From positions 1 to 36,323 of IMG/VR virus record IMGVR_UViG_3300020042_009114: a stretch of DNA of 36,323 nt, one strand, 5' to 3'. A model generated the notes under the pieces. That model did not search any database and was not told where the DNA came from. It was given only the letters and a program-made list of their open reading frames with translations. The stretch is from a virus. Taxonomy: Duplodnaviria; Caudoviricetes. This document shows positions 25,520-33,813 of the stretch, piece by piece; the stretch's first letter is position 1, and each line of letters begins with the position of its first letter. The position numbers were made by a program, and so were the translations under genes.

Positions 25520-26491
25520 TTAAGCCTTGAGGATACCTTGGAGGGCGCGGTTGTTGACAACCATGTTACCCATCCAAAGAACCGGGACCACCACGGCGTC
25601 TTGGTTATAAGGCTTGGCCTCATCCATGACAGTCATGTTGGCGTCAGAGTGGACAACCATTTCAAGGTATTGCGTATTGAGGAAGTACATACGCGAAGCC
25701 GCCATACCGGAAACACCGTCAAAGATCACGGGGGTGTTCTTGTAGGCCATTTCCATGAAACCAGCGTCGGCGCTCTCGACCGAGATATAACGCTTCAGCG
25801 AGGTCTGGCTGGTTTCGAAGAAGGTGAAATAGTCATTCGAAGCTACGATAAGGTCCGGCTTGTCGCTATTACGCGTGAGCTGGATATAAAGGGGCAGCAT
25901 CAGACTTTCAATGGTGGAAGCGGAAGGGGTGATGGCTGAACCACCTTGCAGCGGGGCGGCTGCGCTCTGGACAATATTCTGCCAGAAAGAGTAGGTCGAA
26001 GAGTCAATACCACCAACCGTGCCCGTGCCAGCATCAGCGACCAGCTTCTGCAAGCCGTCGATCTGGTTTGGCAGGGAGCCGTCAGAGTACATATCTGAAG
26101 AGAAGTTATTCGAGAACGTGTGAATAGCGTTCTGAATACGGCTCTTGGCAAGATTTGCAATACGCTGGGGGCCGGCGTTAACGCGCATCTCGTAACCCGA
26201 GGTAACGACGTTAATCGCGATTTGGCGCCAGTTAAATTCGGCTGCGGTAAAGACATCGCTCTGTGCGACGTTGAGGACATCCATACCAGAATAACGCTGA
26301 TAAGTGCCGTTTGAAGCGTATTCCAGAGGGGTCACAATCGAGAAACCGCCAGATTCAGTACGGGTCTTGCCCTTTTTCTTCATCATGCGGAAAAGAGCAT
26401 TGTGGCGAGAGACATTGTCCATAATGTCTTTCGAATGATTACGGAAGGTCGTAGCGACAATTTCCGTAAATACTGCGTTTGGACTTGGCAT
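25520..26491 (-). CDS. Major capsid protein
   Basis: 323 aa after the scaffold; AGGAG RBS; highly biased codons; HK97-type motifs (IDGL..LV, GTVGGID, MYFLNT.YL, final NRALQGILK). Confidence 0.88.
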   Translation of the reverse strand: MPSPNAVFTEIVATTFRNHSKDIMDNVSRHNALFRMMKKKGKTRTESGGFSIVTPLEYASNGTYQRYSGMDVLNVAQSDVFTAAEFNWRQIAINVVTSGYEMRVNAGPQRIANLAKSRIQNAIHTFSNNFSSDMYSDGSLPNQIDGLQKLVADAGTGTVGGIDSSTYSFWQNIVQSAAAPLQGGSAITPSASTIESLMLPLYIQLTRNSDKPDLIVASNDYFTFFETSQTSLKRYISVESADAGFMEMAYKNTPVIFDGVSGMAASRMYFLNTQYLEMVVHSDANMTVMDEAKPYNQDAVVVPVLWMGNMVVNNRALQGILKA

Positions 26492-26504
26492 TTTAAGCTC
26501 CTAA

Positions 26505-27485
26505 TTAGTTAGAACCGAAGTGTTTGGTAATGATAGAATCTACGCCGTCTTGCCAGCTTCGAGGTACTTTATTCCTCGTCCTGACAGACCCGGTAGAGTC
26601 GATATTCGTTGGTTTTGGCTTAGCTGTAACTTCTCCGACGGCTTCTGCACGCTGTTTGGCGAGCAGCTTTTGCCTAACTACGGGGTTAATCCAGCAAGCT
26701 TGTTCGTAGGCCGCGTCGAGACTATCGACCGAGCCCGTCTTCAGAAGTCTTAGGATGTCATCGCTAAGCTCGGAAGCGTGTTCGTTTTTAGGATCAGAGA
26801 AAAAGGCGTTAACTTTGACAGTCTCGGCATCGACCGCTCTTTGATAAGCAGTCTGCTGATTCTGGATAAGGTGCGCTTTTATCTGCCCCAACTCGCCCCG
26901 AAGTTGTTCGACTTCTGGCGGAATTGGTGTTCCTGGGTTAGAAGTATCACCGATAAACTCAGATAAGTCAAGGCCGTAACCCTGGATGATGTTGCGAACT
27001 AGCCTAACGCGCTCACTTTTCGGCGCCTGTACCACGGCGAGGTGGTTGGTCATTAGGTTAGTAAGCAACTCCGTGGGGTTTACGTCTGGATGCTGTTCCA
27101 TAACGTGGCGGAAAGGCTGGATTACCTGATTCCACTGCTCATGCCCGGATTGGTATTGTTGCAAGCCTCGCATTACATTGGCCTCGCGCTCGTAGACGTA
27201 GTCATGAACGGCGGGGTCAAGCTTTTGCCAAACGGGCTCCATGTCCTTTTTCCAAGCCTTGGGCAAAGCTTTACCGGAGAAAACTGGAGCCGGGGTAGGC
27301 TCGTCTAGGGAGATTTCATCTGGAGAAACTGGAATATCACTTTCCAAGCCCGGAGTAACTTCGGAGCTTTCTGAGCTATCCTCTTCGGAGGTAAGAGCTT
27401 CTTTGCTAAAAAGCTCAGCCCCGATCATCGAGGATATGTCAGACGGCGAAGTCTCGTTAGTAATTTCGTTAAAGTCAGGGGGCAT
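26505..27485 (-). CDS. Capsid scaffolding protein
   Basis: Acidic, disordered N-terminus, P..WKK motif, helical body and LDAAYEQACW.NP; directly upstream of the capsid gene. Confidence 0.75.
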   Translation of the reverse strand: MPPDFNEITNETSPSDISSMIGAELFSKEALTSEEDSSESSEVTPGLESDIPVSPDEISLDEPTPAPVFSGKALPKAWKKDMEPVWQKLDPAVHDYVYEREANVMRGLQQYQSGHEQWNQVIQPFRHVMEQHPDVNPTELLTNLMTNHLAVVQAPKSERVRLVRNIIQGYGLDLSEFIGDTSNPGTPIPPEVEQLRGELGQIKAHLIQNQQTAYQRAVDAETVKVNAFFSDPKNEHASELSDDILRLLKTGSVDSLDAAYEQACWINPVVRQKLLAKQRAEAVGEVTAKPKPTNIDSTGSVRTRNKVPRSWQDGVDSIITKHFGSN

Positions 27486-27852
27486 TACTATTCTCCAGTT
27501 TTCCAGCGGTGTTGAGAGAGGTTACAAGTTGATCCACGGTGTCGTGAATGGGTTTTAACGCTTTTTTCTGTTGCTCGATTTTGTTTCGGGCAATGTCTTT
27601 ATCTAGGCCCGGCTCCCAAGTTATGTAGCCACCTTTAGACATCTCTTCCCGGCGTTTGGTCCAAGAGTCTATTACCTGTCCAGAGGCCGGAGAGATGTAG
27701 GGCTCAAAGTTCCCTTGAACAAAGCTCTTGGTTATTAAGCGATAAAGCTCACCCCCGCAGGGGCAGGGAGGGAGCTCATCCCGGGCATCTATTTTGCGAA
27801 AGACCGAGCCCTCAAGGGCGCAAGTCTTGCAACAGGTGGCGTAAATTGGCAT
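27475..27852 (-). CDS. FmdB-like zinc-ribbon protein
   Basis: MPIY..CKTC...CPCGG, followed by YISP.SG.VI.S...RREEM. Confidence 0.7.
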   Translation of the reverse strand: MPIYATCCKTCALEGSVFRKIDARDELPPCPCGGELYRLITKSFVQGNFEPYISPASGQVIDSWTKRREEMSKGGYITWEPGLDKDIARNKIEQQKKALKPIHDTVDQLVTSLNTAGKLENSNAP

Positions 27853-27853
27853 T

Positions 27854-28141
27854 TTAATGGCAGGTTAAAAGTAGCATTTCAAAGTCATCTTCGTCGGAGT
27901 CGAAGCCCTTAGCTTTTAACTGAAGGGGAGCGGGCTCAGCTTTCTTTAAAACAACGGCTTTCTTTGGGAAAATGACTTCATCAAGCAGCTCGTTTATTTC
28001 TTCCCGCGCTGTTTTGGGGAAAACGCGCTTTTTTCTTTTCCTCTCACCATCGCCGCCGTAGACGCCGATAACTACGGGGGGCAGGATGGCTACTTCTAGC
28101 CCCGAAAGCGGCTGGGCTGAGATAGGATAAAAGCCTAACAT
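27854..28141 (-). CDS. Hypothetical protein
   Basis: AAGGT RBS; ends DEDDFEMLLL; packed against its neighbours. Confidence 0.6.
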   Translation of the reverse strand: MLGFYPISAQPLSGLEVAILPPVVIGVYGGDGERKRKKRVFPKTAREEINELLDEVIFPKKAVVLKKAEPAPLQLKAKGFDSDEDDFEMLLLTCH

Positions 28142-28150
28142 TCTCTACCT

Positions 28151-28282
28151 TTAAGCAACGCCGCGCTCAGGCACGCAGATTAGGAATTGGGCCAGCTTGT
28201 AACAGTTGTATAGCTCCCCCGGCTCTTCTTCCGGCGGGGGCGAAGCACAGCCGGTAAGAAAAAGCAGGAGGAGCCATTTCAC
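28151..28282 (-). CDS. Small lipoprotein (43 aa), not in the ORF track
   Basis: GTG start overlapping the upstream stop (GTGA). Translation MKWLLLLFLTGCASPPPEEEPGELYNCYKLAQFLICVPERGVA has a signal peptide and an LTGC lipobox. Confidence 0.7.
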   Translation of the reverse strand: MKWLLLLFLTGCASPPPEEEPGELYNCYKLAQFLICVPERGVA

Positions 28283-28437
28283 TTCTTTTTAGCCGTCTTG
28301 GCGCTGGCTTTAAAAGCTGCGGCGGTAGGTGCGCCCTTGGTTCCGGGCTGGCGCATTTTCTCTTTACTACCAGCCGCTATGCGCTCGCGTTTTGCGTGGA
28401 TATTTGCGTAAAGACCAGGTTTTGTGTTTGTAGCCAT
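28279..28437 (-). CDS. Small basic protein (52 aa), not in the ORF track
   Basis: MATNTKPGLYANIHAKRERIAAGSKEKMRQPGTKGAPTAAAFKASAKTAKKK; GGAG RBS; a type I recognise from aquatic phage genomes. Confidence 0.75.
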   Translation of the reverse strand: MATNTKPGLYANIHAKRERIAAGSKEKMRQPGTKGAPTAAAFKASAKTAKKK

Positions 28438-28439
28438 GA

Positions 28440-28703
28440 TTAGCACTCCCATCTTTTAAGCGCCGCCTTGGCGCGTTCACCGTCTTTGGCATTAGCCGCA
28501 ACGGCTCCCATACGAGCGCAAAATGATGCCTTGCGCCCTTTGTCTGCTTCAGTTTTAGGATTAGGTGCAGGCGCTTTCAAGTTGCTGCCTGTAGCTTTGT
28601 TGTATTTTTCTCTACCCTTGGCCGTCAAGCCCGCACCCTTAGATACGGGGAGCTTTTCGCCACGGCCAATAGATAGAGATGGCGGTTTTGATTTAGTTTG
28701 CAT
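28440..28703 (-). CDS. Small basic protein (DUF6321-like)
   Basis: GLTAKGR..YN..TGSNLKAP...RKASFCARM...ALKRWEC; AAGGAG RBS. Confidence 0.75.
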   Translation of the reverse strand: MQTKSKPPSLSIGRGEKLPVSKGAGLTAKGREKYNKATGSNLKAPAPNPKTEADKGRKASFCARMGAVAANAKDGERAKAALKRWEC

Positions 28704-28723
28704 TTTAACTCCTTGTAATTTAG

Positions 28724-29356
28724 TTAATAAAAAAAAGTAGAAACAGACACAGCAGCGGCAGCAACTGTTTCAATAGTGAGCGTCCCAACCGTGGATTCGC
28801 CCGTTTCGTCACCATCTGCGTTGTAATTTAATCCAAAACCCGAATACCCCGCCGATGTAATAGACGAATCGGTGGTGTCAATGATAAGGGAGGCGTTGAG
28901 ATAAACTTTAATGGCTGTGCCATTGACTTCTAGGGAAACAGTATACCCAAAATTATCTGTTTCGACGTTGAACAACAGGGTTTCCACGCCTGCCACTCGC
29001 TTGCTTAGAGAAATAGAGGCCGGGGTTCCACCGCCACTATTATTACCTACAGTAATTGTAACGTAGTAACAGTTTGGGTAGCCAGAATCATTGGCGTCGG
29101 CGCGGGCATATATTATTACAGGATTGCTAATGTTTGGCCCAGTATTGCCAGAGTACGCAACTACATTGAATTTGGTGTCTGTATAAGTAGCCGAATGAAA
29201 AGCGGGGGTAATGTTAAAATTGCCGTTTGGGTTAGCAAACCCACCGCCATATATCATGTCAGCAACAGTAGACACCCACGTTCCGCCGCCAGAACTAGGC
29301 GTTTTGTTGTTTACAGAACCGGAGCCAGACCAATTCTCACCAACTAATACAGTCAT
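28724..29356 (-). CDS. Beta-sandwich (lectin/ConA-like) putative virion protein
   Basis: Ser/Thr/Gly/Asn-rich; 'LEVNGT.IKVYLN...I..TDSSITSAGYSG' pattern. Confidence 0.6.
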   Translation of the reverse strand: MTVLVGENWSGSGSVNNKTPSSGGGTWVSTVADMIYGGGFANPNGNFNITPAFHSATYTDTKFNVVAYSGNTGPNISNPVIIYARADANDSGYPNCYYVTITVGNNSGGGTPASISLSKRVAGVETLLFNVETDNFGYTVSLEVNGTAIKVYLNASLIIDTTDSSITSAGYSGFGLNYNADGDETGESTVGTLTIETVAAAAVSVSTFFY

Positions 29357-29985
29357 GTTCTTGTGCCTTTTATTGTAACGCTAGGGTTCACCGCCCCAGC
29401 AGTAAAAGTAACCACGATGCTGTTGCCAGCGTTCACGGTGTTGGCTGATGTGCGCGACACAGTTGTGGTGGTTGTCCCCACTGACTGAGAGCCACCGCCG
29501 ATAGCTGTGCCTCCTGTGACATTTGTGGTGTTTATCTTGACCGTAGCCGTTGCGCTACCGGACACGCAAATCATGCTGGTTTCGTTAATTGTAAAAGCAA
29601 ACGGGGCTTTAAATAAAATTGTATAGTCAGCTACGACAGTAGTACCAACTAAAGACCAACCGGCGCCAACCGTTGGTTCTAAGTATTTAGCGGGCGCGCT
29701 GCAAAATACATCTTTTGTGCCGCTCGTAAAGTTAACTAGCGAGCCGCCGTTGCTAGAGCCTAAAACAGTAACCCTAGTCAAGCCTGTCGTGCCATTAAAG
29801 ACGCCTGTACCAACTTCCCAGTTGGAGCCACTTTGATCCGCAATGCAATAAGCAACAGTCTGCGAAGTAGCGCCAAAAGCCGTAGCAAAAGTCTGATACC
29901 CAGTCGGGGCCGTATTAACAAGCGTAATAGGCCCCGTACCTGTGATTAAGGTGGTGTCCTTAACCCGGTCTGCGTAAAGGCTCAT
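29353..29985 (-). CDS. Putative virion structural protein (ADRVK.T-type N-terminal domain)
   Basis: ADRVKDTT..TGTG.ITL...WEVGTG...LTR.TVL.SSN.GSLVNF..GTKDVF, a domain that often begins phage fibre or appendage proteins. Confidence 0.7.
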   Translation of the reverse strand: MSLYADRVKDTTLITGTGPITLVNTAPTGYQTFATAFGATSQTVAYCIADQSGSNWEVGTGVFNGTTGLTRVTVLGSSNGGSLVNFTSGTKDVFCSAPAKYLEPTVGAGWSLVGTTVVADYTILFKAPFAFTINETSMICVSGSATATVKINTTNVTGGTAIGGGSQSVGTTTTTVSRTSANTVNAGNSIVVTFTAGAVNPSVTIKGTRT

Positions 29986-32384
29986 GCGATCCCCTGCGCC
30001 CGGCCTTCGGCGTCACGGATAATAGTCTTAGGCCGGGAAAGTTGGAGGACGAGGGACTCGATAATCTCCATAGTCCTGCGCTGCGTCTCGGCCATATCGC
30101 TAGCATGGGAATCGCTTGATTCTTCGGAATAGTCTTTAGAGCCATCTTCTTCGGAATAAGATTCGGCTTTCTCAGCTCCAATTTTAGCCACCATAACACT
30201 AGTTGCGGCTGAGAGTTCGGCTTTATAGCGTTCAAGCTCAGCCTCGGCGGCGGGGTCGGGCTGGACCTGCACTTGCAAGGCTTGGGCCTGAAGTTTCGCT
30301 TGAGCCAGCTCTTTGTTAGCGTTGAGCACCTTAATATCGGCTGAGCGGGAAATCTGCTCGATCTTAGTGTTGGCTTCGAACTCACGAATACCGGACCTGA
30401 CTTCGGCCGCTTGCTTTTCCAAAGCCAAGCCCTGCTCTTTGAGCTGGAACATCTGGGCCTGAATCTGCTGAAGCTGCTTGGTGTTAGCTTCGTTCTGCTG
30501 CTGGAGTTGGAGCTTTTGCTCTTCCAGCCCTTGCTGCGCTTCTTGGAGCTGCCTTTGCTGTTCTGGGTCCGGGCCCTGCTCTTGAGGTGGCGGCTCAATG
30601 CCGTTAAGAGCCGGAACCATCTCAAGGCCAAATTTATACCTAGAGCAAATACCAACAAGGACAGCCTTTGCAGCGGCAAGGCCCGAGGGGCCAAGGGCTA
30701 CAAACTGACCAAGGCCGGGGAGAATCTGGCCGAGGGCCGACATAAAGTCTGTAACGTCAGACTGGTCAGCGGCGGTGTCGAGGTCAATGGTTGAGCTAGT
30801 TTGGACGTTAATAAGAAATGCTCGATTAGCGTCGGAGGAGATTTTAGCAATAACCTCTTCCCAGCTAGGGCCTTGGGCGGCGGCAAGAAGCTGCGGGGGC
30901 GGTGGTTGAGGGGGTTGCTGCGGCCCCATTTGGGCTTGCTGCATTTGCATATACTGCAACTGTTGACGGGCCGCGGCCTGTTCTGCGGCAAGAGGCAGAG
31001 GCATCTGGGTAATCTCTTTCCAACTTTCGGCCGGGATAACAGTAGTAGCGGCGTCCACCGAAAGACGGTAAAGGTCTCGGACGTAGTTAGAGACAATAGC
31101 TTGCATCTTACGAAGCCGGATTGTGCCCCACTTGTTTTTAAGGTCCTGCGCCGTAGCCGTCTCGGAGGCGACAGAGCTGCCTCGGATAATGTCGGAGAGG
31201 CCTGTAAGTTCGTAGATAACGGTTTTAATAGCTTCCCGGGCTTGGAAAAGTTGGGTTCCGACAAGGATCAGCTTTTCAATAGGCAGCATCCAGATATGCC
31301 GCTCGAAGCCGCCGCCTTGGGCTGCAAGCATAGCCGCTTCGGAGGCCGGGATAAGGGCATTTTCCATCTCAGAGTCGGCTAGAAGCTTCTGCATATCATC
31401 GCCGAGGAGGCCGTTGTAAGCTCCCCGGACCCGGATAGCGGAGATGATCTTATTCAGCCGGACAGTAATGCGGTTTAGCTCTTGAGCTTGGTTGCGGTAG
31501 TATTGGAATAGTGTAACGGGCTCAACTTCGCCGGGTTGCTTAGTCATAAGCAGCAGGCCCGGGGTCGGGTAGAAGCCTTCTAGTTTTAGCACGTCTTCAT
31601 CTTCGCGCAGGACTAGGTCTTCCCAATCCTCGCAGAGAAAGCAAGTCTTCCTTTTGGCTTTGTCGAGGTATTCGTAGACAACTGTGCCAAGGGGTTTAGA
31701 GCCGACTGTTGATTTAGTATCATTGTCGCTTTCCCGGTCCGATTGGGAAAACTTGCTTTGGTCTTCTTCGGGGATGTTGAATTGAGCAAAGACCTCTTCT
31801 TTGGAAAGCTCGTGGCGGAAGGCAATCCAAGGAAGTTTAGGCCACTTGCGGCCTTTAGCCCAAATCAGGCCTTTGTAATGGCCGGACTCAATAGCCACGG
31901 GAAGGGCGCGGTCAGGATAATAACGCAGACGGCAAAACCCCGCCCCGGCAACAAGGCTAGAGAGAACAGTCTCGCCCATTGCGTCGTCGAGGCTCTCGAT
32001 CCCGGGGTTGGCAGGATCGGAGATAATAGTTAGAAACCGCTCGACGGCTTTGGGAATAGGGCCGAGGTTTTGCTCAATGTAGCGTGTCCTTACGTCTGGC
32101 TTGGGGGTTGCAGAGTAAAGGCTAGGTAGTAAAACCTCGGTGTTAGAATAAAGAATGTTGTAAGCTTTATCTTGGTCATCTTGAGAACAAGAGCCGCCGT
32201 CGTAAAGCTTGATAGCTACTTCAGCGTCTTTCCACCAGCCGGATTCGAACGCTTTTTCCCGGTCCTGAATTTTAGTCAGGATTTTGCGATAGTATTCTTT
32301 TGGGTCTTCGCTCTCGGAGCCATAGGCGTCGTCCTCGCCTTGAGGAAGGCGAAGGATGTCTTTAATATCTAGAGGTTCTGGCAT
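29982..32384 (-). CDS. Portal protein
   Basis: 800 aa directly after the large terminase; NILYSN..VL.P.LY..TPKPDV, YELTGLSDIIRG and ETATAQ..K motifs; long Gln-rich coiled-coil C-terminus (barrel-like). Confidence 0.88.
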   Translation of the reverse strand: MPEPLDIKDILRLPQGEDDAYGSESEDPKEYYRKILTKIQDREKAFESGWWKDAEVAIKLYDGGSCSQDDQDKAYNILYSNTEVLLPSLYSATPKPDVRTRYIEQNLGPIPKAVERFLTIISDPANPGIESLDDAMGETVLSSLVAGAGFCRLRYYPDRALPVAIESGHYKGLIWAKGRKWPKLPWIAFRHELSKEEVFAQFNIPEEDQSKFSQSDRESDNDTKSTVGSKPLGTVVYEYLDKAKRKTCFLCEDWEDLVLREDEDVLKLEGFYPTPGLLLMTKQPGEVEPVTLFQYYRNQAQELNRITVRLNKIISAIRVRGAYNGLLGDDMQKLLADSEMENALIPASEAAMLAAQGGGFERHIWMLPIEKLILVGTQLFQAREAIKTVIYELTGLSDIIRGSSVASETATAQDLKNKWGTIRLRKMQAIVSNYVRDLYRLSVDAATTVIPAESWKEITQMPLPLAAEQAAARQQLQYMQMQQAQMGPQQPPQPPPPQLLAAAQGPSWEEVIAKISSDANRAFLINVQTSSTIDLDTAADQSDVTDFMSALGQILPGLGQFVALGPSGLAAAKAVLVGICSRYKFGLEMVPALNGIEPPPQEQGPDPEQQRQLQEAQQGLEEQKLQLQQQNEANTKQLQQIQAQMFQLKEQGLALEKQAAEVRSGIREFEANTKIEQISRSADIKVLNANKELAQAKLQAQALQVQVQPDPAAEAELERYKAELSAATSVMVAKIGAEKAESYSEEDGSKDYSEESSDSHASDMAETQRRTMEIIESLVLQLSRPKTIIRDAEGRAQGIA

Positions 32385-33813
32385 GGTCTTGTGCTTTCTG
32401 CTTCTTGATTAGTTCGTTGATTGTAGGCATGGATCTAGCCCCAGTCAAGTCAATTGCACGGCTCTTAGGCGCAAGGTCTCGGGTTAAAGGCCGGGACATT
32501 ACGGCATAGCGGGTTTCGTCAACGGCGTGGTCTTCGGCGTCGGTGTCAAGGTCTTCGGGATTCTTTTCTGCGTGTTGGAGGTAGGGCAAGGTTCGGATAG
32601 TGTTGTCGCAACTTTCGTGGAATAGGAGGAGAGGAGCTTGCGAAGCAAGGCGCTTTCGCATCTGTTCCCAACCCGCTTGACGGGCGTTATCCCCACGGAT
32701 AAAAGCGCACTTCTCGATAATCATCATTTCGGCAATACTGGGCCCGCCGTTAGTGGAAAAGATAGACGGGTCGGCGACGCCGTAGGATAGTTTATAGCCT
32801 ACATCGCGGCGAACTATGCCTTGAGCGACGGAGCTGGCAGGCATTTTAAGCCCTACGTTTGGTTTTCCGTTCCAGCCGTACCACTCTTGGAATTTGATGA
32901 GGGCGCCTCGGGCGTATTCGGGAAGGGTTCCGTCGGAGACGGCATACCAGCCGACAGAGAAAGGAGCAGCAGAACCCCAATCGAGAGCCCTAAACACAGT
33001 CCAATGAGCAGGAAGGTGAAATTTTCCAGTAATGACATGGCGTTTCTCATCGAATTCAGAAAAGAAGGTTCCATCAACGCCGTTCCAATCACCTTCGAGC
33101 CACGCTTTTACTAGGGCTTCGGAGCCGGTTTGGCGAAGGCGCAGGACGTAGCTGGGGTCGGCCTTGAGCATCATTTGATTATCCCGAAGCTTGGCGGGGA
33201 TAAAGACGCGGTCAATCTTAGCAAGGACGCCGGGCTCGGTTTCGATTTCTTCTTCTTCGACTAGGACTTTATAACCTCCCGGCGCGGGATCAATGTAGCG
33301 ATCTTTTACCCAATGGTGTCCGGGCCCACCGGGATTGCCGGTCAAGCGCATACCGCAAGGAACACCGGCGGCCGAGCGGAGCGTGCCTTTTAGTTTGTTG
33401 ATGGGCTCAGGAAATGGGAAGTTGGTGGCTTCTTCAATGTAAACGCGAGTGTAGTTGTGGCCTTGATATTCTTCGGCGTCAGAATCCCGGTCGAGGTAAG
33501 CAAATTTAAGGCGAGCCCCGTTCGGCATTAACCATTCTTTCTTCTGCTCATGCCACTTGGCGCCGAGTTTGTAGAAGAGGACTTTGGTTCGGGCGATGAC
33601 TTCTGAAAGAGCGACCAGCTTCCGGCGAATGAAAAGGCCAATAGCGTGCTCGCCGTATTGCCCAGCATGGTTAAGCCAATCGCCGATAGAGCCGTCGGTC
33701 TTCCCACCGCCCCGGGCTCCGCCGTAAAAGACCTCGAAGACGGGGCACTTTACTAGGTCAGTTTGGGGCCCGGGCTGAGGCTCCCAGATAATTGTAGGAG
33801 AAGTGTTGGTCAT
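32362..33813 (-). CDS. terL: Terminase large subunit
   Basis: PQPGPQ Q-motif, Walker A YGGARGGGKT, Walker B YIEE, coupling motif TGNPGG, nuclease LDWG, and C-terminal EDHAVDETRY. Confidence 0.95.
   Translation of the reverse strand: MTNTSPTIIWEPQPGPQTDLVKCPVFEVFYGGARGGGKTDGSIGDWLNHAGQYGEHAIGLFIRRKLVALSEVIARTKVLFYKLGAKWHEQKKEWLMPNGARLKFAYLDRDSDAEEYQGHNYTRVYIEEATNFPFPEPINKLKGTLRSAAGVPCGMRLTGNPGGPGHHWVKDRYIDPAPGGYKVLVEEEEIETEPGVLAKIDRVFIPAKLRDNQMMLKADPSYVLRLRQTGSEALVKAWLEGDWNGVDGTFFSEFDEKRHVITGKFHLPAHWTVFRALDWGSAAPFSVGWYAVSDGTLPEYARGALIKFQEWYGWNGKPNVGLKMPASSVAQGIVRRDVGYKLSYGVADPSIFSTNGGPSIAEMMIIEKCAFIRGDNARQAGWEQMRKRLASQAPLLLFHESCDNTIRTLPYLQHAEKNPEDLDTDAEDHAVDETRYAVMSRPLTRDLAPKSRAIDLTGARSMPTINELIKKQKAQDHARTSRY

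Noticed and set aside
29960-31264. Alternative-frame ORFs (244 aa, 188 aa) within the portal gene
   Set aside because: Ser/Arg/Leu-rich by-products of Gln/Ala codon repeats; no start signals or slippery site seen.
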